From an uncultured virus (IMG/VR IMGVR_UViG_3300028196_001171) (lineage: Duplodnaviria > Heunggongvirae > Uroviricota > Caudoviricetes), in the IMG/VR virus record IMGVR_UViG_3300028196_001171: DNA of 55,066 nt, one strand, 5' to 3'. The position numbers were made by a program, and so were the translations under genes. The notes beneath the pieces were generated by a model that had not been told where the DNA came from, made no database searches, and saw only the letters and a list, made by a program, of their open reading frames with translations. Positions 54,441 to 55,066 of this stretch are shown here, in pieces; position 1 is the first letter of the stretch; the number at the start of each line of letters is the position of its first letter.

Positions 54441-55066
54441 TTAAAATATATATCTTATTGTGTTTAAAGGAAAATACTTCTTGTATATATCCTTGAATTC
54501 ATTGATTAGCCTGCCTTTATGTTCTAAAGGATACCTCATAACGCCTGATTGATTTTTAACTTCATAAGAACGCCTCATTAGTTCCTGCGCTTCTGGTGAT
54601 GCTTTAATCATTTGGTTCTTATGATTGGTTAAAGCTATTACCTCACATTTATTTATACCTGCTAGTTCTTTTACCTGTTTAAAAAGATTATCATACTCTT
54701 CTTTCCATCCGGGATAAAATACAAGAGGGCTATAATTACAATGTACTTCCCATCCTAGCTTCTTGAGCCGATTAATATCATCTATACGGCTCATAATCTT
54801 TTGCATCTTAGGTTCTAATATATTAGAATACTTCTGAGGCATAAGACTAACACGAACTCTTGGAGGCTTGTTAAAATTACTAACGTCTAACGTTAGTAGT
54901 CCTGGGTACTTTGTAGCCATTGTTGTATTAAGATTTTTATGTTTATCATACATAAGCAAGTAATCATATAAAGAAATTCCTGCTTTCCTTACATGTTTCT
55001 GCATAAGTACTAAATCTGTATTACAAGCAATGTCAACCATTGTGTATATTGGGTCTTGTTGATCAG
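54441..55066 (-). CDS. Spore photoproduct lyase-like (radical SAM) protein, 5'-truncated
   Basis: The frame is open to the window edge. DIACNTD, ATKY, RVRVSLMP, SRIDDIN...GWEVHCNYSP and RY motifs. The CxxxCxxC motif would lie outside the window. Confidence 0.7.
   Translation of the reverse strand, partial: DQQDPIYTMVDIACNTDLVLMQKHVRKAGISLYDYLLMYDKHKNLNTTMATKYPGLLTLDVSNFNKPPRVRVSLMPQKYSNILEPKMQKIMSRIDDINRLKKLGWEVHCNYSPLVFYPGWKEEYDNLFKQVKELAGINKCEVIALTNHKNQMIKASPEAQELMRRSYEVKNQSGVMRYPLEHKGRLINEFKDIYKKYFPLNTIRYIF

Noticed and set aside
1..55066. Stop-codon reassignment, as in some crAss-like phages
   Set aside because: Genes are long and tightly packed in code 11, and TAG and TGA serve as real stops (for example at 33046 and 53508).

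Overview
AT-rich dsDNA phage genome segment of the crAss-like/Crassvirales type, using standard genetic code 11. The host is most likely a Bacteroidota (Flavobacteria-like), judged from AT-rich starts without Shine-Dalgarno sites, TAnnTTTG-like promoters and a flavobacterial-type RNR. The + strand carries a truncated tail nozzle/stabilization gene with a vWA insert, three modular putative virion cargo proteins, and three giant ejection proteins including a 4669-aa virion RNA polymerase (DFDID motif). It also carries two holin-like genes, several small basic proteins and three fibre/decoration proteins. The - strand carries an nrdB-nrdA cassette, a DUF5664-like gene, small membrane ORFs, a DUF932-like gene and a truncated spore-photoproduct-lyase-like gene. 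The most striking signal is a short recurring peptide motif, roughly (L/F)PxAQxG and [KQ]xGG. It divides the cargo proteins into discrete cassettes (two HExxH metallopeptidases, a lysozyme-like domain, unknown domains) and is repeated in tiny basic proteins, which suggests a tagged or processed polyprotein cargo system. A NADAR-like domain is appended to the virion RNAP. All family calls come from motif recognition by eye; no searches were run.
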